Positions 55,813 through 64,000 of a DNA stretch of 64,000 nt are shown piece after piece. Within the stretch, counting starts at the first letter, position 1, and each line of letters begins with the position of its first letter. Source of the DNA: an uncultured Verrucomicrobiae bacterium (lineage in GTDB: Bacteria; Verrucomicrobiota; Verrucomicrobiia; Limisphaerales; JAHDYP01); NCBI GenBank assembly GCA_963765535.1, contig CAVXWU010000001.1, positions 13,960 through 77,959 on the forward strand, written 5' to 3'. Below the pieces are notes generated by a model. That model was given only the letters and a program-made list of their open reading frames with translations, did no database searches and had not been told where the DNA came from. Both the position numbers and the translations under genes were made by a program.

Positions 55813-56577
55813 TCAGACCAGTTGATCTTCCGTCACGCCCGGCTGTTCCTGTTCTTCAACCACCCGACCGTCGAACAGGTGCACCGTGCGATCGGCATGG
55901 CGGGCGAATCGCGGGTCGTGTGTCACCATGCATATCGTCGCCCCTTCGCGATGCAGTTCGCGCAGGAGTTCCATGACCGCCTCGCCATTGCGGGAGTCGA
56001 GGTTTCCGGTGGGTTCGTCCGCGAGGAGAATGGACGGTTTACCGGCAAGGGCGCGGGCGACGGCGACGCGCTGTTGCTGGCCGCCGGAGAGTTGGGAGGG
56101 GTAATGCTTGATCCGGTGGGCCATGCCCACTTTTTCCAACGCGTCATTGACGCGTTGGCGGCGTTCGGCGGCGCTCATTCCCCGATAGGTCAACGGCAAT
56201 TCGACGTTCTCGTAGACCGTTAAATCGCCGATCAGGTTGAAGCTTTGAAAGATGAACCCAACCTCGCGATTGCGTATCCGGGCGCGCTCGGCGTGATTGA
56301 GGTTCGCCACCGGCCGACTATTGAGCTGGTAAGTGCCTTCGGAAGGCGAATCCAACAAACCCAGGATGGATAGCAACGTCGATTTGCCGCACCCGGAAGG
56401 GCCTGCGATGGAAACGTATTCGCCGGGCGCAAGATCGAGGTGAATACCGGAAAGGGCATGAGTCTCCACTTCGTCGGTGTAAAAGACCTTGGTGATGCCT
56501 TCCAGTTTGATGAGGGACTCATTGTTGGTGGTCATGGGTTGGGTCGTATGGTCAGCAGTGGCTTGGTGCTGAAGCAA
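55813..56577 (-). CDS. ABC transporter ATP-binding protein (MacB/LolD-type)
   Basis: GPSGCGKSTLL, LSGGQQQRVAVARA, ILLADEPTG. Confidence 0.85.
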   Translation of the reverse strand: MLQHQATADHTTQPMTTNNESLIKLEGITKVFYTDEVETHALSGIHLDLAPGEYVSIAGPSGCGKSTLLSILGLLDSPSEGTYQLNSRPVANLNHAERARIRNREVGFIFQSFNLIGDLTVYENVELPLTYRGMSAAERRQRVNDALEKVGMAHRIKHYPSQLSGGQQQRVAVARALAGKPSILLADEPTGNLDSRNGEAVMELLRELHREGATICMVTHDPRFARHADRTVHLFDGRVVEEQEQPGVTEDQLV

Positions 56578-56603
56578 GGTTTCAATGGCGGGTCATGCGC
56601 GGG

Positions 56604-57869
56604 TTAGTTGATTCGGATCCGGTCATGCGCATCCCACTGGGTCATATCCGAGAGAATCACCTGGTCGCCGACATCCAGTCCACCGAGGATTTCGACCGTG
56701 CTCACCGAGCTGCGGCCGAGCTTTACGGTGGTGCGTTCGGCCTTTCTGCCGTTATCGGTGACTTTGAAGAGGCTTATCGTGCTGTCGGCACTGCCATGGA
56801 CCGGCTTTATCACATGCAGCACATTCTGCAGGAGATCCAGCTCGATGATCCCTTCCACGCTGAGATCCGGGCGCGCGCCACGAGGCAATGGACCTTCCAG
56901 GGCCACATCCACCAAAACGGTTTCGTTCTCCACTGCGGGATCGATCCGGACTACCGAACCGGGGATTACGCCATTGCGGGTGTCGATTTCCGCTCGTTGT
57001 CCCAGAACCACGTCCTTGGCCTGGGTCGCATAGATTTTGATTTCAGCCTTGAGCCGGGCGGGGTTGGCGACGCGGGCCACATTCGCGCCGGCCGGCAATT
57101 GCTGTCCGACCTGGAGCGTGGAAATGTCCCCAAGTTTTTGGAGCACGCCATCGATGCCGGCCGTGATTTTAAGGGATTGAACCTGATTCCGACGCAATTC
57201 CAATAAAGCGCGGAGCTGTTCGACTTTGGCGTTCTGGACCGCCATTTGTGACTCCGCCGCTTCGGCGCTGATCTCGAGGCGTTTTCGCTCGATATCCAGT
57301 AGCTTCGACAATTCGTCCGCCTTGGCGCGGGATTGTTTTAAGGTGAGAGCCGGCACCAGACCGTTTTTGGAAAGCTCCTCATTGACTTCGAGATCGAGTT
57401 TGGCGCTGTTGTAATTCGCGTTAACCGAGGCGACGGAGGATTCCAGGTTCAACCGATCCGTCTGCAGTTGCACCCGCAGATTGGATAGCTCCGACTCCGC
57501 CCCCTTCAACTGCCACTCCGCATCGAACGCCGTCTGTTCCACCTCCGGATTGGCCAACTCCACCAGGACCGTATCGGCCTTGACCGCCGCACCCGGCAGC
57601 ACAAATATGCTCTTGACCCGTCCCGCGCTGATCGTAGGCACCCAGACAATTGTCTCCGGCACAAGGGTGCCGTTGCCACGCACTTTGAGCGGCAAATCCC
57701 CGCGCTCGACCACCCCCGTCCAAATCTGTCCCTTGTCCACTGAAGGCGCAGCCGGTTCGAGCCGGGACAGCCCGACCGTAATGACCGTCAGGACCACGAG
57801 CGCCCCACTGGCATAGAGCAGGCGTTTGCGCCGACGTTGACGAGCTGCATTTGGCCGCGGAATATCCAT
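56604..57869 (-). CDS. efflux transporter periplasmic adaptor (HlyD/MFP family)
   Basis: N-terminal TM anchor, a coiled-coil hairpin region, and beta-barrel blocks (GVIPGSVVRIDP...). Confidence 0.8.
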   Translation of the reverse strand: MDIPRPNAARQRRRKRLLYASGALVVLTVITVGLSRLEPAAPSVDKGQIWTGVVERGDLPLKVRGNGTLVPETIVWVPTISAGRVKSIFVLPGAAVKADTVLVELANPEVEQTAFDAEWQLKGAESELSNLRVQLQTDRLNLESSVASVNANYNSAKLDLEVNEELSKNGLVPALTLKQSRAKADELSKLLDIERKRLEISAEAAESQMAVQNAKVEQLRALLELRRNQVQSLKITAGIDGVLQKLGDISTLQVGQQLPAGANVARVANPARLKAEIKIYATQAKDVVLGQRAEIDTRNGVIPGSVVRIDPAVENETVLVDVALEGPLPRGARPDLSVEGIIELDLLQNVLHVIKPVHGSADSTISLFKVTDNGRKAERTTVKLGRSSVSTVEILGGLDVGDQVILSDMTQWDAHDRIRIN

Positions 57870-58079
57870 GATCGTGGGTCAGTCTTTGCACGGGCCGTGC
57901 CAGCGTCCTACTACGATCTCAGGCTCTTGTCTATCAGTTAGATCCGGGTAGGCGAGAGAGCATCGGTTTCGGACCCCCTTCGCGCTTGTGGGATTGACGC
58001 GTCCCATTACCGGGACGTCCCAATTCGCTTGTTTCTCACAGCTATCCCAGCACGAAAACGTGCCTGTGAATGTATCCGC

Positions 58080-59096
58080 TTAAGTAGATGCCCTGCCTAA
58101 CCGGTCGCGGATCGCGGACCAGTCGGCTGTCTCGGGAACCGATTCGACGACAATCCATCCGGCTTCTGCCGCATCACATCGGTGGAGTTCGGCATAAAGC
58201 GCCCGCGCAAAGGCTTCGGGATCGTGAGGGATGACGCTCACCCCCCCCAATTCTTTAGCAGAAGGAATGGTGGTGTGGGCAAGAACTTGCGTGCGCGATG
58301 CGCCCATACCGCGCACCGCCAACTGGCGCAGCAAATCGGTGTCGTCCGTCCAGGTCAAGGTTCTCAATGCAGCGTGGGGCGCGTAATGCCTTGGAAATAA
58401 ACCTGGGCTCATTCGATGGCCACCGCCTGTCCCGGGTGTCTCCTCCAGTCTGCCCACCACCGCTGCCAGGGAATCCTCGTGGATCATCCCCGGGCGGAGG
58501 ATTCGCGGATGCGCGCGTGTGAGGTCAAGCACGGTCGATTCGATTCCGACCTGGGATTGCCCGCCGTCGATGATCAATGAAACGCCGGCACCGAGCGATC
58601 GCCACACATGCTCCGCGTTCGTTGGCGAGACCTGCTCTGATCGATTGGCACTGGGCGCGGCGAGCGGAAATCCGCATTCCAGAATCACTGCTTGAATCAG
58701 GGGATGACTCGGCCAACGCACACCCACCGTCGAACCACCCGCGGTCACGATGTCCGGCACGAGCGTGGACCGGCCCAGCACGATGGTCAAAGGGCCGGGC
58801 CAGAATGCGCGCGCAAGTGCCGCAGCCGTTTCGGGCCAATGGGCAACACACTTACGGGCCTGATCCAGGTCGGCCACATGAACAATAATGGGATTTGATG
58901 CGGGTCGGCCTTTGACTTCAAAGATCTGGTGGACCGCGTCAGAGTCGAACGCGTTGGCCGCTAAACCATATACCGTCTCGGTCGGTAACGCGACCAACCC
59001 GCCTTGTCGCAACTGGCCGGCGGCTTCATGGACGGCGGCGCGGAATAGTTCCGGCGTGTGCGTAGGAAGGATCCGGGGCGCTGTTATTGGTTCCAT
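58080..59096 (-). CDS. tsaC: L-threonylcarbamoyladenylate synthase (YrdC domain + Sua5 C-terminal domain)
   Basis: GGLVALPTETVYGLAANAFD..AV.QIFEVKGRPASNPIIVHV, GPLTIVL, SANRS. Confidence 0.85.
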   Translation of the reverse strand: MEPITAPRILPTHTPELFRAAVHEAAGQLRQGGLVALPTETVYGLAANAFDSDAVHQIFEVKGRPASNPIIVHVADLDQARKCVAHWPETAAALARAFWPGPLTIVLGRSTLVPDIVTAGGSTVGVRWPSHPLIQAVILECGFPLAAPSANRSEQVSPTNAEHVWRSLGAGVSLIIDGGQSQVGIESTVLDLTRAHPRILRPGMIHEDSLAAVVGRLEETPGTGGGHRMSPGLFPRHYAPHAALRTLTWTDDTDLLRQLAVRGMGASRTQVLAHTTIPSAKELGGVSVIPHDPEAFARALYAELHRCDAAEAGWIVVESVPETADWSAIRDRLGRAST

Positions 59097-59225
59097 GGCC
59101 TGATCCACGGGGCAACCATGCTCGCTTCGCGGATCGATGGCAACCGGGGTGCGAAGGACACCCCGCCTTCGTCCGCGCATGGTCCTTTCGGAAGCCGCCA
59201 TCCCGCTTTCATGTGTCCGCAAATT

Positions 59226-61265
59226 CTATTTGCTCTTGGGCGGCGGGGGAACATTGGGTTTGGGGACCAGCCGGGCAATCAGGAATAACAAGCCCGCCAC
59301 CACAACCACCAATACCCCCCAGAATAGGACGCCGCCCTCGCCCGGCACTCGATTCTCTCCCCAAATTCCGGTGCGCAATCGCTCCGCCGCGCCAAGTCGG
59401 GCCGGAACCTTGCCCGCCGCAATCATTTGCCCGGCTACCAGACTCAGGTCGTAACTCGGGAGAGCCGCCCCCGCATTTCCGTAGTACAGGTAAAGATCCT
59501 TGCCCGGCATGGATTTGAAGAAAAGCCGTACCCTGGGGTAACCCAATTCAAAATCGGACAACTGCAGACGAGGATTGTCCGCGTTGTCCGTTTCCAGGAA
59601 GAGTGCTTCGGTGACAGGCGTCTCCCGTAGATCCAGGTTGAATGACGACCCGGTGCGGTCCGGTGCCTGCACCCAAATCGCTCGACCAAGTTCGTGCCGG
59701 TATTTTCTCCCGCGCGAGTCGGTTGCCAACTCATACAAGATCATCTCGCGACGGAAAAGGGCGGTGGACGAAACGCAGGTCAACCGCGTGACCGGCAGAT
59801 TCGCGAACGGCAACTGGATCAGCCACCGGCCGATCCGGGGTTGGTCCGGATCGTCAGCAATCCCCACAATCGGGGTCAGGGGCTGCAGGACGGAGCGCCG
59901 CTCGAGGATGTAAGGCACCTGTCGATCGCCGAGCATGAGTCGCAGATCCGCCTGTCCCGGTTGCGCATGAGCCAGCACATCGAGGTCGAGCTCCAATTGT
60001 TGAATGCCGGCCGTCTCGATACTCACCGGTTTGCGAAACGACCAATCGGACAGGTCGAGTTGCCCGGCGAATTCCTCGACCTCCGGCAGGATCACGGAGG
60101 ATTCATGATTGGGGTTGGCTGACGGAGGTGACAATTCCACCGGCATTACCGGCGTGCGGTTCAGTTCCAGGCCCTGGATCGGAAGCGTGTATTCCGGGGA
60201 TCGGCAAACCGGATTGCCGGTGTAGATCGTGTAACGACCCGGGGGGGTGGCCCAAAACACCAGATGCACGGGCCATCGGCGCGCGCGAATTTCGGTAACT
60301 TGAAGCGGCGGGCTGTCTCCATTCCCGATGAGGAGGAGCAACTCCCGACCGGAGATGACATGATCCAACGGCAGCCGGAGCCGATTCGAGCCGGCCTCGG
60401 CGTCGGATCCACCACGAGCGATCATGCCCCGCGCCAATTCCCGTTCCTGGATTGTGATTCCCTCGACCTGTCGCGCGATCAACCGCACCGGCCGACGAAA
60501 AAAACGGTCCGGCGTTTTCAGTTCAATCTCAGCAAGCGGGATGTGAGCCGCCCCCAGATCCAATGTCAGTCTCGTTTCACCCGGGACCTCCTCGCGCGCG
60601 AGCAACCGGACCTCCACCGGTATCGCCGGCGGCGCATCCGTCGGCGCAATATGCAATTGTGCCATCGTGAACGGCACCCGGGCGGAGCCGCGGTCGTCGA
60701 TGGTCAATCGCAGGTAACGCCAACTGCCGACGGGCAAGGACAGATCGAGCTGTTCCTCGCGACTCTGGGCCTGGCGAAAGAGCGGCAATCCGGTGGCCAG
60801 CAGCACCCACTCGTCGGCTTCTTGCGAGCCTTCCACCTGAACCGCCTTGATGAAGCCCCCGGCCGGAGTCAACAAAGACACGCCCTGCACGGGATCGGTC
60901 GTGCCGGTCTCAATCATCAACACCGTGGCTGCTGGTTGCAGGATCGAACGAAATGCGGCGGCGTCGCGGCGGGTCTCGCCGACAGGTCGGGGACGCTCGA
61001 TGAGGTAAGGGGTTTCGTTATCGTTGTCGTCCGTGAGTCGCAGATCGCCGAAATCGGCGCGGGCGCGATCCAGAGTTATGGTGGGGAGGGGGACTTTTGC
61101 GAGGCCCGGGGACTGGATTTGGAGGGTCTGGCGATAGGCCCAATCGGCGAACTGGCCGGCGCAGAAGCCGGAGGCCGGCAAACTGATCGCCAACGCCCAA
61201 CAAAGGCGCCGGCGCCAGCGCAGCGAGCGGTTATTCCGGCCGGAGGTTGCGCGGTACATTTTCAT
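59226..61265 (-). CDS. DUF3999-like secreted protein with C-terminal TM anchor
   Basis: Signal peptide; FGDLRLTDDNDNETPYLIE; C-terminal TM FWGVLVVVVAGLLFLIARLV. It overlaps and is co-oriented with the upstream polytopic membrane protein. Confidence 0.5.
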   Translation of the reverse strand: MKMYRATSGRNNRSLRWRRRLCWALAISLPASGFCAGQFADWAYRQTLQIQSPGLAKVPLPTITLDRARADFGDLRLTDDNDNETPYLIERPRPVGETRRDAAAFRSILQPAATVLMIETGTTDPVQGVSLLTPAGGFIKAVQVEGSQEADEWVLLATGLPLFRQAQSREEQLDLSLPVGSWRYLRLTIDDRGSARVPFTMAQLHIAPTDAPPAIPVEVRLLAREEVPGETRLTLDLGAAHIPLAEIELKTPDRFFRRPVRLIARQVEGITIQERELARGMIARGGSDAEAGSNRLRLPLDHVISGRELLLLIGNGDSPPLQVTEIRARRWPVHLVFWATPPGRYTIYTGNPVCRSPEYTLPIQGLELNRTPVMPVELSPPSANPNHESSVILPEVEEFAGQLDLSDWSFRKPVSIETAGIQQLELDLDVLAHAQPGQADLRLMLGDRQVPYILERRSVLQPLTPIVGIADDPDQPRIGRWLIQLPFANLPVTRLTCVSSTALFRREMILYELATDSRGRKYRHELGRAIWVQAPDRTGSSFNLDLRETPVTEALFLETDNADNPRLQLSDFELGYPRVRLFFKSMPGKDLYLYYGNAGAALPSYDLSLVAGQMIAAGKVPARLGAAERLRTGIWGENRVPGEGGVLFWGVLVVVVAGLLFLIARLVPKPNVPPPPKSK

Positions 61266-63990
61266 TTAGATCAGGGTTGCCCATGAAATAGCGCTGGTAG
61301 AGGAAGGAAGCCAGCATGGCGATGATGGCCACGCCAAGGAACGCGCCAATCCGATAGAGCTGGCCCAGCCGCGACAGGTCGTGGAAAAATAGCTTAAGCA
61401 AGGTCACTATGAACAGCGCCATGGCGGCGTATCGGGCTGGCACCAGGCGCCGTCGGATTCCCACCGTCAGCAAACCCAAGGCAAACGCCGCCCAGGCGAT
61501 TGAATAGGTCATGTCACGGCCGAAATCGCCGGAGAATTCGAAGGTCAATGCCTGGACCCCCGCTGTGGTGAAGTAATCCGCGATCTGGATGTTGAGCAGC
61601 AGGAAAGCCAGGATGGTGCCGAGGACATTCAGGATCGACCGGGCATCGCTCTGCAACACCTTATGATAGGGCGGCGCGAGCCACCTGGCGCCCAGGTAAA
61701 GCGATGCAATAACCAACCCATAGGCATACAAATACCAGTTGAGGATCGGAATCTCGCGGCGCACATGGTAGGTCAACACCGCCGGATTGACCGCTAAACG
61801 GGCAAACGCGACGACCAGCAAACCGACGCCCGCCAGGCGTAATCCCTCATGCGGGATGCGGTGGAACAACCAGATCAAGGCCGCCCCCTCGAGCGCCCAA
61901 CCCACCGTGATCCATTGGCGATCGAACTGGATCGGGAAAATCAACGTGACAAAGAAAAGTGTTGATCCTCCAAACCACGCCAGGAGCGCGCGGCGCCCCG
62001 GTGTTTCCGGAGGCATCCGGCGAGTGATAACCCATAAGGCGGCGAGCGAAGGCAGGGCGAACAGGACCGGCAGGATGCCCATGTAATCCATCGGCCACGC
62101 CACCTTGACGAGGCGATGAACGAGATAGAAATGAAGCGGTCCTGACAGCGCGGCCGCGGTCCAGGGCAAGACCTCGCCGGTCCGGTTCTTCCAGAAAAGG
62201 AACGGGAACAGCGCGAAGATCACGATGAATACGGCATACCAGGCCAGGGGTGTCACGGCGTGAGCCGGATCGAAGTGTCCGAAGTGCCAGGTATATTCGA
62301 GCGCAACGATGCAACCCAGGCCGACCATGGGCAGCCAGGTCAATCCAAATGAGCGAGTGAGCCCAAGCACCAGCACGACCAACAGCAACGCCAAACCGAA
62401 GAGCGCCGAGGGCCCGGTCAAGGGCAGCCTCTGGCTGACCAGTATGAGCAACGTAAAGGGAAGGACCACCGACAGCGCGGGAACTTGAGGAATCCACGCG
62501 CGCGGGATTTCCAGGAAGCCAAAGCCCACCGGCATTGGACCCAACGTCGTTCGCTCCGCGAAGCCTGGCCATCGGGAGATCAAAACGCCCGCCGCCATGA
62601 AGAAGATCGCGAACGCCCCGATCACAAACAATTCCGCACCCAATTGATCGAGCGCGGGTGGAACATTGACAATCCAGCACGCGGCAACGATGAGCGTTAA
62701 CCCTGCCGCCCCAATCAGACCGACCAGGGATGCCCAGGCAAAGGCCAATCCAACCACGAGCAAATCCAACAACAGGATGAAGGGCCAGATCCCGAACGGA
62801 ATGGGATCGAGTTGAAATACCGGAATGAGCATGAGGAAAAGGGCGATCAGTGGAAACAAATGGCCCCACCACATTGCCGACAGGCCGGGTTGGAACCGGC
62901 GCCGAATGACCGGGATCACGGCATGAATCAAGGCGAAGGCGAACACCAGTCCCAGGCCCCAGTACAAAAGCCCGGTGCTCAGTCGGCTCGCCGTCCACAG
63001 CGTCAAAAGCAAAAACACTGCTCCCCCGGCGATCGGTTCCAGGACCACCCATCTTTTCTCGGACCAGGCCAGCGACAACAGGCAAGCGTCAATCACCAGG
63101 ACATAGACGAACAAGAGACCGGGCCGTTGGCCAAGCGGGTCGAATCCGAACCAGTAAGGGACAACCGCCATGCCGACAGCGGGCAACACGATCGCCGCGG
63201 CCGCAAACAAAGAATTGAACTGGTGTTGGCGCCAGCCCCACCGCCATACAACTCCAAACAGGATCGAGAAGAAGGCGAACACCGCCAGCGTGATAAGAAT
63301 CTTGTTCCCCTCGAAGTAGCGCTCGCGCACGAAGAATTCCCCCATCCAGCTCAACTCAAGCAGAACGGTGCCGAGGGCGGCCATCAACGCGAGGAAATGC
63401 CAGCGGCGGTGAAGAGCCAGGGCCAGCAGCCCCAGATCGAGCAATGCAATGTAACTGAACAGGCCCAGCGGGTTGTCCTGCCCGGTCGACAACAGGGCCG
63501 GAGTGAGAAAGCCGCCGACCAACCCCAAGATCGCCACAACCAGCGCTTCCAATCGCAGCGCCAGTACGAGCGCCGCTACGGTGATCAGGGCCATCAGTAA
63601 AAAGGCCGGGACCTGTCCAAACCAGGCAAACGCATAGACCGACCGACAGGCGAAGGTTGTCCCATACAAGGTTAGAATTCCGGTCGCGCAGAGGGTCTGT
63701 GCCGGCACCTGATAATTGCGCCGATACAGTAAGGTTCCCCCCACGGCCAAACCCAGGCCAGTCAGGAAACCAAGCGTGACCCGGATTTCCGGTGAGATCC
63801 AACTGTGCTCAAAGGCATGTTTGACGAAAAACACAATGCCCAGGAAAAAAGCCAGCCCGCTCACCCAGGCAAACAGCTTCACGCCCATGAATTGCTCCCA
63901 GTTGATCGGTGCCCACTCACGCACGCCCTGCCAGCCCGATGTCCCACGCCAACCCGATCCCCAGGCCGGTTCTTTGGCGACGGGCTCCAA
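61231..63990 (-). CDS. DUF2339-like polytopic membrane protein (>20 TM); start near the window edge and uncertain
   Basis: 919 aa ORF, almost entirely hydrophobic helices. The pairing with a DUF3999-like gene is a pattern I recall for this family. Confidence 0.6.
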   Translation of the reverse strand: MEPVAKEPAWGSGWRGTSGWQGVREWAPINWEQFMGVKLFAWVSGLAFFLGIVFFVKHAFEHSWISPEIRVTLGFLTGLGLAVGGTLLYRRNYQVPAQTLCATGILTLYGTTFACRSVYAFAWFGQVPAFLLMALITVAALVLALRLEALVVAILGLVGGFLTPALLSTGQDNPLGLFSYIALLDLGLLALALHRRWHFLALMAALGTVLLELSWMGEFFVRERYFEGNKILITLAVFAFFSILFGVVWRWGWRQHQFNSLFAAAAIVLPAVGMAVVPYWFGFDPLGQRPGLLFVYVLVIDACLLSLAWSEKRWVVLEPIAGGAVFLLLTLWTASRLSTGLLYWGLGLVFAFALIHAVIPVIRRRFQPGLSAMWWGHLFPLIALFLMLIPVFQLDPIPFGIWPFILLLDLLVVGLAFAWASLVGLIGAAGLTLIVAACWIVNVPPALDQLGAELFVIGAFAIFFMAAGVLISRWPGFAERTTLGPMPVGFGFLEIPRAWIPQVPALSVVLPFTLLILVSQRLPLTGPSALFGLALLLVVLVLGLTRSFGLTWLPMVGLGCIVALEYTWHFGHFDPAHAVTPLAWYAVFIVIFALFPFLFWKNRTGEVLPWTAAALSGPLHFYLVHRLVKVAWPMDYMGILPVLFALPSLAALWVITRRMPPETPGRRALLAWFGGSTLFFVTLIFPIQFDRQWITVGWALEGAALIWLFHRIPHEGLRLAGVGLLVVAFARLAVNPAVLTYHVRREIPILNWYLYAYGLVIASLYLGARWLAPPYHKVLQSDARSILNVLGTILAFLLLNIQIADYFTTAGVQALTFEFSGDFGRDMTYSIAWAAFALGLLTVGIRRRLVPARYAAMALFIVTLLKLFFHDLSRLGQLYRIGAFLGVAIIAMLASFLYQRYFMGNPDLNENVPRNLRPE

Positions 63991-64000
63991 CGGCGGGCTC

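Overview
This is a GC-rich bacterial chromosomal segment. The gene content suggests a PVC-group organism such as Verrucomicrobiota, but that is inference only. The supporting genes are a prepilin-type H-X9-DG protein, many lipoproteins, and beta-propeller and lectin proteins ending in a ...RFYR module. Roughly 1-47.5 kb is mosaic accessory DNA. Roughly 47.5-64 kb looks like ordinary core genes: a cNMP-sensing histidine kinase, pepP, an FAD oxidoreductase, a CPBP protease, a Na+/H+ antiporter, an MFP plus two ABC ATPases, tsaC/sua5, and a DUF3999/DUF2339 pair. The main structure is a ~20 kb island (17392-37432) integrated at tRNA-Val(GAC). It is bounded by a 52 bp perfect direct repeat of the tRNA 3' half and has a tyrosine integrase next to the tRNA. 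The island carries an IS110-family element, a secreted-protein operon, an embedded tRNA-Met 3' scar, and a tandemly duplicated ~200 nt structured non-coding element. It also carries an uncharacterised module at its right end: an NTase-only DNA ligase, a winged-helix Rep-like protein and three tandem small paralogs. Other mobile DNA includes an IS1182-family element with a 9 bp target duplication on the stop codon of a large glycoside hydrolase, and an rve-type IS beside tRNA-Val. There is also a 272 bp MITE-like element interrupting a vapC toxin gene. A second decayed integration scar lies at 43.4-47.4 kb, with a tRNA 3' fragment, an integrase N-terminal remnant, hicBA, an IS3-like remnant and a tniQ gene with an in-frame stop abutting tRNA-His. 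A three-copy ~70-80 nt palindromic repeat family sits around rsgA. Several genes carry apparent frameshifts or in-frame stops, so either pseudogenisation is common here or the assembly contains indel errors. No CRISPR array, rRNA or recognisable defence-system core enzyme was seen. All domain calls come from reading motifs by eye, not from searches.
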